64,000 bases of DNA from Arenicellales bacterium (lineage in GTDB: Bacteria > Pseudomonadota > Gammaproteobacteria > Arenicellales > JAHEKD01), in NCBI GenBank assembly GCA_965215945.1, contig CBDCFC010000046.1:175142-239141 (forward strand). Direction: 5' to 3'. Both the position numbers and the translations under genes were made by a program. Each line of letters opens with the position of its first letter. Position 1 is the first letter of the stretch. The notes under the pieces were generated by a model. The model had not been told where the DNA came from. It saw only the letters and a list, made by a program, of their open reading frames with translations, and made no database searches. Below, one piece after another: positions 38,974 through 47,615 of this stretch.

Positions 38974-40590
38974 ATGAACCATATCAACACCAAGAAAACA
39001 ATTTCTAATCTGCTCTCACAAGGTAAGAGAAATCTGATCACAAGGCGCGAATTCATGCAAACCATGATCGCTATCGGTGTAACTACAAGTAGTGCATCAA
39101 TGCTTTGGTCAACTGATGTTGAGGCTCAGACAGTGAAAAAAGGCGGTAAACTGCGTGCCGGGATTGCTCATGGTGCAACCAGTGACTCATTGGATCCGGC
39201 CACCTGGGAGAACGGTTTCGAATTGGCACGAGCCTATAGTGTCAATAATTATCTCACCGAAGTAGATCACAACAGCGGCGTTAAATCTGAACTGGCTGAA
39301 AGCTGGGAAGCCTCCGCCGATGCAGCAACCTGGACATTTAAAATACGTCAGGGAGTTAGCTTTCACAACGGTAAAGACTTGACGGCAGATGATGTATTGG
39401 CATCAATCAATCACCATAGGGGGGAAGCGTCCCAATCAGCAGCTAAACCTATTTTGTCGCCGATAAAGGAAATTATAGCCGACGGCAGTCACACTGTGGT
39501 ATTTAATCTTGAATCTGGAAATGCTGATTTTCCATTCATCATGAGTGATTACCACTTGCCCATATTGCCTGCCAAGGATGATGGAAGTCTTGACTGGCAA
39601 TCAGGCGCAGGCTGCGGAGCGTACGTGCAAAAAACATATGATCCTGGTGTGCGGATGGATATGGAAAAAAATTCGAATTACTGGAAATCAGATCGAGGTC
39701 ATGTGGACACCGTGGAACTAATTTCTATTATAGACCCGGCCTCGCGTACGAATGCACTGGTTTCAGGTGAAGTGGATATTATAGACAGGGTTGACTTAAA
39801 AACGGTAAATTTGCTGCAACGTAGTCCTGAAGTAAACATCCATGAAACTACCGGCACACAGCATTACACTTTTCCAATGCGTACCAATATAGCCCCGTTC
39901 GATAATAATGATGTCCGCCTGGCTTTAAAATATGCCATTAACCGCGAGGAAATTCTGGAAAAGGTCTTGCAGGGTTATGGTGTGATTGGTAACGATCATC
40001 CGATTGGATCAGCAACAAAGTTTTATGCTGCGGGTCTTGAACAAACTAGCTATGACCCGGATCGTGCAAAAGATCATCTGAAAAAAGCCGGTATGGAATC
40101 ACTTTCAGTCGACTTGCATACCGCAGACGCTGCTTACCCGGGTGCCGTGGATGCTTCAGTGTTATTCGCAGAACATGCAAAACCTGCCGGTATTAATATC
40201 AATGTAGTACGAGAGCCGAATGATGGCTACTGGGCCAATGTTTGGAATACAAAACCATTTTGCGCATGCTATTGGGGCGGCAGGCCAACCGTTGACTGGA
40301 TGTTATCCACTGCCTACGCATCGGGTGTGCCCTGGAACGATACTGCTTTTGAACATGAGCATTTTAATGAGCTGCTGGTGGCTGCCAGGGCAGAGCTGGA
40401 TGAAGGTAAACGCGAGCAAATGTATTTCGAATTACAGCAAATTTTAAATCGTGAAGGTGGAGTAATTGTGCCTATGTTTGCTTCCTATGTTTTTGCCACT
40501 TCGAACAAAGTGGGAGTCTCAGAATCACTGGCCTCTAACTTTGATCTGGATGGTTCGCGTTTTATTGAACGTTGGTGGTTAAATAGTTAG
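38974..40590 (+). CDS. ABC transporter substrate-binding protein, family 5 (peptide/nickel type), Tat-exported
   Basis: TRREFMQTMIAIGV twin-arginine leader. Family-5 core (KFHNG..LTADDV, NP.YW). No cognate permease or ATPase genes nearby. Confidence 0.8.
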   Translation: MNHINTKKTISNLLSQGKRNLITRREFMQTMIAIGVTTSSASMLWSTDVEAQTVKKGGKLRAGIAHGATSDSLDPATWENGFELARAYSVNNYLTEVDHNSGVKSELAESWEASADAATWTFKIRQGVSFHNGKDLTADDVLASINHHRGEASQSAAKPILSPIKEIIADGSHTVVFNLESGNADFPFIMSDYHLPILPAKDDGSLDWQSGAGCGAYVQKTYDPGVRMDMEKNSNYWKSDRGHVDTVELISIIDPASRTNALVSGEVDIIDRVDLKTVNLLQRSPEVNIHETTGTQHYTFPMRTNIAPFDNNDVRLALKYAINREEILEKVLQGYGVIGNDHPIGSATKFYAAGLEQTSYDPDRAKDHLKKAGMESLSVDLHTADAAYPGAVDASVLFAEHAKPAGININVVREPNDGYWANVWNTKPFCACYWGGRPTVDWMLSTAYASGVPWNDTAFEHEHFNELLVAARAELDEGKREQMYFELQQILNREGGVIVPMFASYVFATSNKVGVSESLASNFDLDGSRFIERWWLNS

Positions 40591-40819
40591 CTTGATATTG
40601 ACTGTCGGATTTCAATTTGCAGGGCTTGAACATTTTTGATCTCAACACATTAATAAAGTTGTTATTTTTGCTGCGGCTTGCCAAGCAAAATTAAAACTTG
40701 TAAACTGTTCGTAGTGAATCGGAGTTTAGTCTCCATGTTCACTTTCCTTCCTCTGGCACAGGACTTACTCAGGGCCGTATTGTAGAAGATATCTCATTGG
40801 AGAAAGGTCTTGAAAAGTT

Positions 40820-41455
40820 ATGCGGCTATTAGTGGTTTATTGTCATCCTATTAATACCAGTTTTTGTGCGGCCTTGCGTGATATGGTTGTGTCAACAGTC
40901 AAGCGCAATGGGCATGACATTCAACTATTGGATTTGTATGCCTTAAAATTTAATCCTGTTATGAACGAGCAGGAGCGGCTGAATTACCACACCGCCCAGT
41001 TAAACGAACAGCCGGTCAAGACTCATTTGGAACTGCTGCGTTGGTGTGAGGGATTAATTTTCATCTATCCGACCTGGTGGTATGGGCAGCCGGCAATGTT
41101 AAAAGGATGGATCGACCGTGTCTGGGTACCGTATGCCACATTCGAGTTGCCTACTTCGGATAATCCATGGAAACGCAAATTGGAAAACATTCGCCTGATC
41201 GGCGTGGTATCGACATTTGGTTCCCCCCGATGGTGGTGGTCGATGGTGATGGGGGCGCCCGGGCGAAAGCTAATCATGCGTTCTTTAAAATTGTGTTGCC
41301 ATCGCCGTTGCAAATCATTTTGGTTGGGTTTGCATAATATTGATTCGTCCACCGATGCCCAGCGCCAGGCATTTATTAAAAAAGTCCAAAGCCGGTTGGA
41401 GCGCATTCTAAAAGACGAGCACGTATCAAAACCAAGCATGGGAAGAGCATTTTGA
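40820..41455 (+). CDS. Flavodoxin-like fold NAD(P)H:quinone oxidoreductase family protein
   Basis: MRLLVVYCHP...SF and LIFIYPTWWYGQPAMLKGWIDRV signature of Flavodoxin_2/NQO-type proteins. Confidence 0.75.
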   Translation: MRLLVVYCHPINTSFCAALRDMVVSTVKRNGHDIQLLDLYALKFNPVMNEQERLNYHTAQLNEQPVKTHLELLRWCEGLIFIYPTWWYGQPAMLKGWIDRVWVPYATFELPTSDNPWKRKLENIRLIGVVSTFGSPRWWWSMVMGAPGRKLIMRSLKLCCHRRCKSFWLGLHNIDSSTDAQRQAFIKKVQSRLERILKDEHVSKPSMGRAF

Positions 41456-41862
41456 CTCATTCGCATTTTACTCCTCCCAATATTCATCCACCCTTTGCCC
41501 GTTATTCACATGGCGTGATGGTGCGTGCTGATTCAGACATTCTATTTTGTTCGGGCCAGCTCGGCATAGGGCAAGATAATGTCATTCCGGAACAGGCTGG
41601 AGAACAAGCGCAGCTTTGCTTTAATAATATCGGCCAGGTTCTTTCAGCCGCCGGCATGATGGCTTCCGACATCATTCGCTTAAGTGCTTATGTCACTGAC
41701 AGGAAGTATATGCATGATTATATGCGTGCCAGAGATGAGTTTATTAAGGATATAAATCCTCCACCAGCATCGACTCTAATGATTGTCAGTGGATTTACCC
41801 ATGAGGATTTTAAAGTAGAGATAGAGGCGATAGCCGCTAAAAAACCACGGGGAAATAGCTAA
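41452..41862 (+). CDS. RidA/YjgF-family protein
   Basis: 136 aa. YSHGV..G..LFCSGQLG and VEIEAIA C-terminus. 4-nt overlap with the upstream gene. Confidence 0.8.
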   Translation: MTHSHFTPPNIHPPFARYSHGVMVRADSDILFCSGQLGIGQDNVIPEQAGEQAQLCFNNIGQVLSAAGMMASDIIRLSAYVTDRKYMHDYMRARDEFIKDINPPPASTLMIVSGFTHEDFKVEIEAIAAKKPRGNS

Positions 41863-42657
41863 ATGCTCAACACACACTATTGGTCAGATATGACTGCTGA
41901 TGAATTTCGGCAACTGGATGGCAAAAACACGATTGCGGTGTTGCCTGTCGGTGCCATTGAGCAACACGGTTCCCACCTTCCAGTATCGGTGGACAGAGAT
42001 ATTGTTGATGAGGTCATTCGCCGAACTGTACCTAGACTGGGTGATTTACCGGTATTGTTTCTTCCCAGCATGCCGATCGGCAAAAGCAACGAGCATCTGT
42101 ATTTCCCTGGAACGTTGAGCTTTTCCGCACAAACACTGATACATATCGGGATGGAGATAGGCGAATCCGTAGCGCGTGCAGGTGTGGGTAAATTGCTGTT
42201 TTTTAACGGCCATGGTGGCAATGTTTCGGTACTGGACATCGTCGCCAGAGATTTACGATTGGAACATGATCTGATCACCGCTTATTGCTCCTGGTTTTCA
42301 TTATTTGATAGCAGTGATTTGCTGGATCCCGATGAATATCGTCATGGTCTGCACGCCGGTGAATCAGAAACATCTGTCATGTTGGCTTGCCGTAAAGAGT
42401 TGGTTGCAAAGGATAAAGCCAGAAATTTTGTTTCTAGCGGTGAGTCATGGGCACAACAGTTTGATTACATTGGTCCTGGAGGTGGCGCGGTGAAACTGGG
42501 CTGGTCGATTGATGACTTAAACCTGGAAGGCGCCTGCGGTAATGCAGCAAGTGCATCCACTGAAAAGGGTGAAATTTTGCTTGAACGTGCAGTAGAAAAC
42601 TTTGTTGCCATGCTGGATGAATTTAATCGGTTTTCCATACCGGCAAAAGGTAAATGA
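41863..42657 (+). CDS. Creatininase-family amidohydrolase
   Basis: AVLPVGAIEQHGSHLPV..D and FNGHGGN, HAGE.ETS motifs of the creatinine amidohydrolase family. Confidence 0.8.
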   Translation: MLNTHYWSDMTADEFRQLDGKNTIAVLPVGAIEQHGSHLPVSVDRDIVDEVIRRTVPRLGDLPVLFLPSMPIGKSNEHLYFPGTLSFSAQTLIHIGMEIGESVARAGVGKLLFFNGHGGNVSVLDIVARDLRLEHDLITAYCSWFSLFDSSDLLDPDEYRHGLHAGESETSVMLACRKELVAKDKARNFVSSGESWAQQFDYIGPGGGAVKLGWSIDDLNLEGACGNAASASTEKGEILLERAVENFVAMLDEFNRFSIPAKGK

Positions 42658-43976
42658 TGATGCCGGATAAATTGATTATTCAAAATGCCCGAATTCCGGC
42701 AGCGCTTGCATCAGAAAAATCACCACTGCATGCCAGAGCTGAACAGGATTGCTTATACGGTGACTTATTGTGTGTTGATGGTGCAATACAAGGGTTTATA
42801 CAGAATGGCAACTTCACCTCGACCCCGATAGTTGATATTAAAGGGCAAGTCATGCTTCCCTTGTTGGTTGAACCACATTGTCACCTGGATAAGTGTTATA
42901 CCGCGCACAGATTGGGTGCTATCGGCGGTAATTTGAACCACGCTATTGAGATTCAATCTCAGGATAAACAGAACTGGACTGAAGATGACATCTATTTGAG
43001 AGCTAGGAGGGGGCTTGAGGAACTTTATGCAAGTGGTTGCAGACTGGTTCGCACGCATGTGGACTGGTCTTCGAATGGACATGATCCTAAAGAAACGCCG
43101 ACTGCGTGGCGGGTCATGGAACAACTTGCAGAAGAATATGCCGATCGGCTAGAGCTTGAAAGAAGTCCGTTACTATCATTAGAACTATTCGATAATGAAG
43201 ATACCATAGATGCCATATGCAGACAGATAGCAACCAAACCGAATGGCCTCTCTGGCGGCGCTGTGTTGGGTGTGTTTTTACTTGGACAGAATAATGTCGA
43301 AACAAGGTTAATTAAGGTTTTTAATCTGGCTGAAAAGTATGATTTGAAACTGGACTTTCATGTTGATGAAAGTCTGGAGGAGCTAAGTGGCTTGTCCCAG
43401 ATCGCGAAAACCATGCTCGATCTTGAATTTCAAGGGCCCGTACTATGTGGCCATGTCTGCGCTTTGATGAATAGTCGCGGCAGTGAACTCCAACGGGTTA
43501 TTGATTTGGTGCTCAAATCAGGTCTGTCTGTCGTCACGTTGCCTTCGACAAATTTGTACCTGCAGGGAAGAAATCAGGGAACCCCTGATCGCAGAGGTAT
43601 TACCCGGGTAAAAGAGTTGGTGGATGCCGAAATCAATGTTTCTATTGGCTGCGACAACGTTGCCGATGCTTTTTGTCCGATTGGAAAATTCGATCCCATG
43701 CACTCGCTTTCATTGGCAACTTTAGCGGGGCACCTTGATCCTCCATTTGACCGTTGGCTGCGCTCCATCACTACGATGGCGAGTAAAAGCCTGGGTCATA
43801 CGCCTGTATTTGTTGACAAAGCAAATGTATCAGCTCTTTTGCTTTGTAATGCAACCAATACTTCGGCTGTAGTTGGTGGCGCTTCGCGGATGCGCTTGGA
43901 TGAGTATTTGCGTTGTCAGTCTTGGCAGGATTTAAAAAACTCCGCTTTTAATACATTAAAACAACAGGCTTTGTAA
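42654..43976 (+). CDS. Metal-dependent amidohydrolase, cytosine-deaminase-like
   Basis: VEPHCHLDK (HxH), DFHVDE, GHVCAL and GCDNVAD(A)F metal-ligand pattern of the cytosine deaminase branch. Confidence 0.7.
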   Translation: MMMPDKLIIQNARIPAALASEKSPLHARAEQDCLYGDLLCVDGAIQGFIQNGNFTSTPIVDIKGQVMLPLLVEPHCHLDKCYTAHRLGAIGGNLNHAIEIQSQDKQNWTEDDIYLRARRGLEELYASGCRLVRTHVDWSSNGHDPKETPTAWRVMEQLAEEYADRLELERSPLLSLELFDNEDTIDAICRQIATKPNGLSGGAVLGVFLLGQNNVETRLIKVFNLAEKYDLKLDFHVDESLEELSGLSQIAKTMLDLEFQGPVLCGHVCALMNSRGSELQRVIDLVLKSGLSVVTLPSTNLYLQGRNQGTPDRRGITRVKELVDAEINVSIGCDNVADAFCPIGKFDPMHSLSLATLAGHLDPPFDRWLRSITTMASKSLGHTPVFVDKANVSALLLCNATNTSAVVGGASRMRLDEYLRCQSWQDLKNSAFNTLKQQAL

Positions 43977-44059
43977 AATGACAAGTAATCGTCAGATTGA
44001 CTGGGAAAAATTTAGTGCTGAACTGGGTGATATTCCTTGTTTTCGTCAGGAAACAATTC

Positions 44060-44305
44060 GCCGGGTTAAATCCACGATTTAACGAATTACTATTGCTGGC
44101 CAAAAAAGAGCTCGATGCGGCCAGGCGCACGGAAATGTACGCTGAAATGATGACCCTGTGCCGGGACGATGGCGGTACGGTTACACCGGTGTTCGGAAAT
44201 TATGTCATGGGACGGCGAAAAAATGTTGAACATGGCCCCAATATCGCCAGTAACTGGACCTTGGATGGTGCCCGCTCCTACCACCGTTGGTGGTTTAGCA
44301 GCTAA
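44060..44305 (+). pseudogene. 3' remnant of a second family-5 substrate-binding protein gene
   Basis: ...FNELLLLAKKELDAARRTEMYAEMMTLCRDDGGTVTPVFGNYVMG...LDGARSYHRWWFSS aligns with the last ~80 aa of the 38974-40590 product (FNELLVAARAELDEGKREQMYFEL...LDGSRFIERWWLNS). The upstream ~450 codons are missing. Visibly GC-richer. Confidence 0.75.
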
Positions 44306-44330
44306 ACTAATTCAACAAAGACGCCAAAAG

Positions 44331-44353
44331 CGTGCCGCATCAAGCGGCACGCG
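44331..44353 (+). terminator. Hairpin after the SBP remnant
   Basis: GCGTGCCGC atcaa GCGGCACGC, perfect 9-bp stem with a weak T-tract. Probably the terminator of the truncated gene. Confidence 0.45.
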
Positions 44354-44655
44354 CTTATCGACTCATTTGCAGTAACCACAAACTACGCTTCTCGCGTCAT
44401 ATCAGGACACAAGTCAGAACTCACGAAAGGATGTGACTGAATATCAACAGACCCTAGTCAATAATATCAACATGTTAAATTGATGGAGAAGCTTACTCGT
44501 AAGGAATTCATAACCACTATTAATAAGTTGTGATCTGGTTTAATCTTAGTCAGTGTTTATTGCGCATGCAGAATCCCGTACCAATGGCGGGGAGATTGAA
44601 TTTGCATAATCACAGGTTTGTATAATTTTTAAAACTACCAAAGGAATAAGCAAGT

Positions 44656-45738
44656 ATGAGTACAATATCCAGCATCAGAAATACAACAGGGCGCGGACGA
44701 CTCTTCGATAGTGTTCTGGACACGGTCGGTGACACCCCTTGCATCCGTATCAACAATTTAAGCCCTAAAGACGTCGAAATCTATGTCAAGGCTGAATATT
44801 TCAATCCTGCAAGTTCGGTTAAGGACCGACTGGCTTTGAATATCATCGAAGCAGCCGAAAGGGAAGGCCGGTTAGAATCTGGGCAAACTGTCGTAGAAGC
44901 CACCAGTGGAAACACCGGTATTGGTCTGGCGATGGTGTGTGCTCAAAAGGGCTATCCGCTCGTGGTCACCATGGCTGAAAGTTTTTCGATAGAACGTCGG
45001 AAATTGATGCGTCTGTTGGGGGCTAAAGTGGTTTTAACACCCAAAGAGCAAAAGGGTACCGGCATGTATAACAAAGCCGTTGAACTGGCCAATGAAAATG
45101 GCTGGTTTCTGGCCAGGCAGTTTGAAACCGATGCCAATGCCGATATTCATGAATCAACCACCGCCAATGAAATTATGGCAGACTTCGATGGCAAACGCCT
45201 TGACTACTGGGTAACCGGTTATGGTACTGGAGGTACTATCAGCGGTGTTGCGCGTGTTCTAAGATCACAGCGACCTGAAACCAAAATAATTCTCAGCGAA
45301 CCGAAGAATGCGGCATTGGTCACCAGTGGACATGCCCAGGAACGCGGCGAAGAAAATGAGCCGGCGGCCAGTCATCCTGCTTTTGAACCACATCCAATTC
45401 AAGGTTGGACACCGGACTTTATTCCATATGTGCTGCAGGAAGCGATCGATAAGAAATTTTACGATGAGTTGATTCCGGTAGCCGGTCCGGATGGCATTCA
45501 TTGGACACAGCAACTGGCTGCAAAAGAAGGAATCCTAACCGGTATCTCCGGCGGTTCAACCTTTGCCATTGCAATGCAGATTGCTGAACGGGCAGAGCCT
45601 GGGGCTGTCATATTATGTATGTTGCCGGATACCGGTGAGCGCTATATGACAACACCCTTATTTGAGTCGATCGGTGAAGATATGGATGAGGACGAGATGA
45701 AGCTTTCGAAGTCAACACCAGGCTATCAACTGACGTAG
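44656..45738 (+). CDS. PLP-dependent cysteine synthase / cystathionine beta-synthase family protein
   Basis: NPASSVKDRLA (PLP lysine), TSGNTGIGLA, GTGGT loop. 360 aa with a C-terminal extension. Confidence 0.8.
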   Translation: MSTISSIRNTTGRGRLFDSVLDTVGDTPCIRINNLSPKDVEIYVKAEYFNPASSVKDRLALNIIEAAEREGRLESGQTVVEATSGNTGIGLAMVCAQKGYPLVVTMAESFSIERRKLMRLLGAKVVLTPKEQKGTGMYNKAVELANENGWFLARQFETDANADIHESTTANEIMADFDGKRLDYWVTGYGTGGTISGVARVLRSQRPETKIILSEPKNAALVTSGHAQERGEENEPAASHPAFEPHPIQGWTPDFIPYVLQEAIDKKFYDELIPVAGPDGIHWTQQLAAKEGILTGISGGSTFAIAMQIAERAEPGAVILCMLPDTGERYMTTPLFESIGEDMDEDEMKLSKSTPGYQLT

Positions 45739-46021
45739 GTTAAACTTGATCCATAGATTGTGGGTTGCAATACTGTGTTTGTTGAAAGTTAAAGTGCTGG
45801 CGAATGATGTACAAATCTAAAATTGACTGCTCACTTGTTTCACTGTACTCAACGAAAATAACAGGTATAGTCAATTTCACATATAGTGAAACAATCTCGC
45901 AATCTTAAAGGGTCTGGATTGCTTCGTTACGCTTTTATGCCCGAATGGGTGCGTTTATGCCCTTTGGGTGCAATGACTATATGTCGTTCTACAACTCGCT
46001 GTGGATCAATTTTATAACACT

Positions 46022-46912
46022 TTAATTTATAAGGTAGCGAATGATCTGGGAATCACTGTCATCATGCTTTACAGCAGGGGAAATCATACCCGAACCCGCT
46101 AAAAGTACACTGTCGCGGTGGATAAAAAACTCATACCCATCTTGAGTTAAAACATAACTTCCGGTAGAGCTTTGATCCTTGTACTCAATTCTGCCCTGGC
46201 GGTGAACTATTAGCGCATGCTGTCGGGAGACCCAGGGTTTGTCTATAACAACATCACTTTCCTGGGCTCGGCCAATGGTCAATGAATCACCTTCCGAGAG
46301 CATGTATGTTTTATCACTGCAAGTTAGACAAATTTCTGCATGACCGCTGTTGGCAGAGTTTGAAGCTTGTTTTGCCGCAAGAGAATCTACCATTATGGTG
46401 CGCGGCGCATCTTCCTGTTCAACCAGAGCAAAGATCACCGTCGGCGATGACTTTCCCTTGAGTGTGATGCTTTCCAGAGGATTAAATAATTGCTTCTCAT
46501 GGGTTGGAAGTTGTTCAATGAAATCTATGCTGGCTAGAATCTCTCCGGTTTTAGCCAGTTTTGTTAATCGATCGGTCAAATTAATGGTATCGCCAAAAAC
46601 ATCTTCTTGAAAATTGACGATTTGCCCATAGTGAATTCCAACGTAAATATCCAGAGTGGAGTTGGTTTGTATTGCGACCATCTTACGGGCCGCGTTTAAC
46701 GCCTGGCTGGCATTAGAAAATGCACCCAGCACATCGTCTCCTTTTGATCGAATAAATTTGCCGCTCTCAGCTTCCAACACCGACCTTAAATTCTCTAAAC
46801 ACTCCCCAATCAGACGATATCCCTTGTCGTTTCCAACCTTCTCTAGCACAGCCGTACTGCCACTGATATCTGCGATCACTATAGTAACCTCATGATGTCT
46901 GTCAGTATTCAA
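46022..46912 (-). CDS. Class III adenylate/guanylate cyclase domain fused to a C-terminal FHA domain
   Basis: N-terminus has VTIVIADISGST...RSKGDDVLGAF...GDTINLTDRL (cyclase). C-terminus has LTIGRAQESDVVIDKPWVSRQHALIV...STGSYV (FHA phosphothreonine-binding). Confidence 0.8.
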   Translation of the reverse strand: MNTDRHHEVTIVIADISGSTAVLEKVGNDKGYRLIGECLENLRSVLEAESGKFIRSKGDDVLGAFSNASQALNAARKMVAIQTNSTLDIYVGIHYGQIVNFQEDVFGDTINLTDRLTKLAKTGEILASIDFIEQLPTHEKQLFNPLESITLKGKSSPTVIFALVEQEDAPRTIMVDSLAAKQASNSANSGHAEICLTCSDKTYMLSEGDSLTIGRAQESDVVIDKPWVSRQHALIVHRQGRIEYKDQSSTGSYVLTQDGYEFFIHRDSVLLAGSGMISPAVKHDDSDSQIIRYLIN

Positions 46913-47112
46913 GAGCAGCTCCTCGCTACTATTATTTCGGTGTTAGATTTCGACACTCAGTTTTTAGTATAGCAGGACATGGTTTTCAAAAAATCCACAA
47001 AGTTGCATTTTAGAGCAAGCAGTGTTAAAAAAACCAAGGAACTTCATTATTGAGGATTTGTTTTTACTTATTGATGAAGAGTTAATTTAAATAATACTAA
47101 GGAGGAATTTAA

Positions 47113-47580
47113 ATGGTTATCAACCGCCGTCATTACAGGACCTTTGTAAGTCCATTGCGCTGGGCTATTGTATTGTTTTTAATTGCAGCTGGTAATGTAT
47201 CAGCGGATGAGCTTCCCAATGCCTGTCCGATAGATGGTTGTGTGGTCGAAATCACTAATATTGCACCTGCTGGAGATGAGCTGGAAATAACCTTCGACTC
47301 CAATTTCAAACCCGATAATGACAAAAATCATTTTCATGTTTGGTGGGGTGATCTTTATGCTGTTGAACAAGTGGGAAGAGGTGCTGAACCTGAGTACAAT
47401 GTGACACAGGGTCAGTGGCACAGGCACGATGATTATCCGGTTTATATAACCACTGGATCAGCTTCAACCAGTGTCAGAGAAGGGACCACCAAGGTTTGTG
47501 TCACTGCCTCGAATCGTGACCACATGATTATTGATACAAATATCTTTCACTGTGTGGATGCGGCTGAGCACCTGAAATAG
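47113..47580 (+). CDS. Secreted hypothetical protein, co-oriented with and 35 nt upstream of the kinase gene
   Basis: GGAGGA RBS. Signal peptide ...AIVLFLIAAGNVSA. 4 Cys. No recognisable family. Confidence 0.5.
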   Translation: MVINRRHYRTFVSPLRWAIVLFLIAAGNVSADELPNACPIDGCVVEITNIAPAGDELEITFDSNFKPDNDKNHFHVWWGDLYAVEQVGRGAEPEYNVTQGQWHRHDDYPVYITTGSASTSVREGTTKVCVTASNRDHMIIDTNIFHCVDAAEHLK

Positions 47581-47615
47581 ATAGCTGGTAGTTGCTGGCG
47601 ATTATCACCTAAGCC

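Noticed and set aside
45837-45975. Inverted repeat GTTTCACT/AGTGAAAC, palindrome TTTCAC-N5-GTGAAA and a tandem ~19-nt repeat (TTTATGCCC..TGGGTGC twice) between convergent genes
   Set aside because: The region lies between two convergent stop codons, so no promoter is expected. The repeats are short and could be weak terminators or chance. There is no coding or RNA-gene signature I can support.
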